Of a DNA stretch of 64,000 bases, positions 63,401 through 64,000 are shown piece by piece (the stretch's first letter is position 1; each line of letters starts with the position of its first letter). The notes under the pieces are model-generated. The model did not search any database. It worked only from the letters and a program-made list of their open reading frames with translations, and had not been told where the DNA came from. Made by a program: the position numbers and the translations under genes. The stretch comes from Tubulanus polymorphus (taxonomy: Eukaryota; Animalia; Nemertea): assembly GCF_964204645.1 (NCBI RefSeq), contig NC_134030.1, positions 13,368,957 through 13,432,956 on the forward strand, given 5' to 3'.

Positions 63401-64000
63401 CGTATCGAAAAAATTAAAATGTCGATGCGCAAAAGCGCTCAAATCGACGGGAAAAGCACATTTCGACCCGAAAACGTCGTTCAGCGCGACAAAAGATGTT
63501 TTCTCATCAGATCTTCCCCGTATCGAATAAATGAACATGTCGATATGCAAAAGCGCTTCAAATCGACGGGAAAAGCACATTTCGACCCGAAAACGTCGTT
63601 CAGCGCGAGAAAGACGGTTTCTCATCAAGTGTTCCCCGTATCGAAAAAATGAAAATATCGATGCGCAGAAGCGCTCAAATCGATTTGTAAAAGCACATTT
63701 CGACACATTTCGACCCGAAAACGTCGTTCAGCGCGAGAAAAGACGTTTTCTCATCAAGTTTTCCCCATATCGAAAAAATGAAAATATCGATGCGCAAAAG
63801 TGCTCAAATCGACGGAAAAAGCACATTTCGACCCGAAAACGTCGTTCAGTGCGAGAAAAGACGTTTTCTCATCAAGTTTTCTCCGTATCGAAAAAATGAA
63901 ATTGTCTTTGCGCAAAAGTGCTCAAATCGACGGAAAAAGCACATTTCGACACGAAAACGTCGTTCAGCGCGAGAAAAGACGTTTTCTCATCAAGTTTTCC
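45465..64000. repeat. Satellite DNA array, 118-bp monomer (128-bp variants) with higher-order repeats; runs off the window end
   Basis: Consensus GTATCGAAAAAATGAAAATGTCGATGCGCAAAAGCGCTCAAATCGACGGGAAAAGCACATTTCGACCCGAAAACGTCGTTCAGCGCGAGAAAAGACGTTTTCTCATCAAGTTTTCCCC. Variants duplicate 10 bp (ACATTTCGAC). Confidence 0.98.

Noticed and set aside
45206-63899. Numerous long K/R-rich ORFs (up to 566 aa)
   Set aside because: These are translations of the stop-poor 118-bp satellite, with frames shifting at A-tract indels. They are not genes.
45465-64000. CRISPR array or CENP-B box in the satellite
   Set aside because: Monomers are contiguous with no unique spacers and no cas genes. The TTCG and CGGG words are not in CENP-B box spacing.

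Overview
This is an AT-rich, repeat-dominated eukaryotic window, probably from an invertebrate animal (inferred from the TE families present). (1) From about 1.97 to 22 kb lies a cluster of at least 3-4 decayed copies of an integrated polinton-like dsDNA virus. Recognisable genes are a probable double-jelly-roll major capsid protein (3 copies), a minor capsid/penton, an A32-type packaging ATPase (2), an rve integrase (2, the longer with a chromodomain), a Zn-finger protein and several membrane proteins. No protein-primed PolB or maturation protease is visible. Most of its genes start at a TAAATG motif. (2) From 22 to 45 kb is a TE-rich interval: a BEL/Pao LTR element with both LTRs, TSD, PBS and PPT but no RT/RNase H/integrase core; a Penelope-type palindrome carrying a minimal hammerhead ribozyme (a second, older one lies at ~0.7-0.9 kb); MITEs; a 440-bp TRIM whose LTRs contain a tRNA-like cassette; a decayed CR1/L2-group LINE; a long CT tract; and one likely host exon. 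(3) From about 45.5 kb to the end is a CpG-rich 118/128-bp satellite with nested higher-order repeats (~3.8, 5.1, 8.9 and 14.0 kb). All ORFs in the satellite are artefacts. Protein calls rest on motifs recognised by eye, not on database searches.
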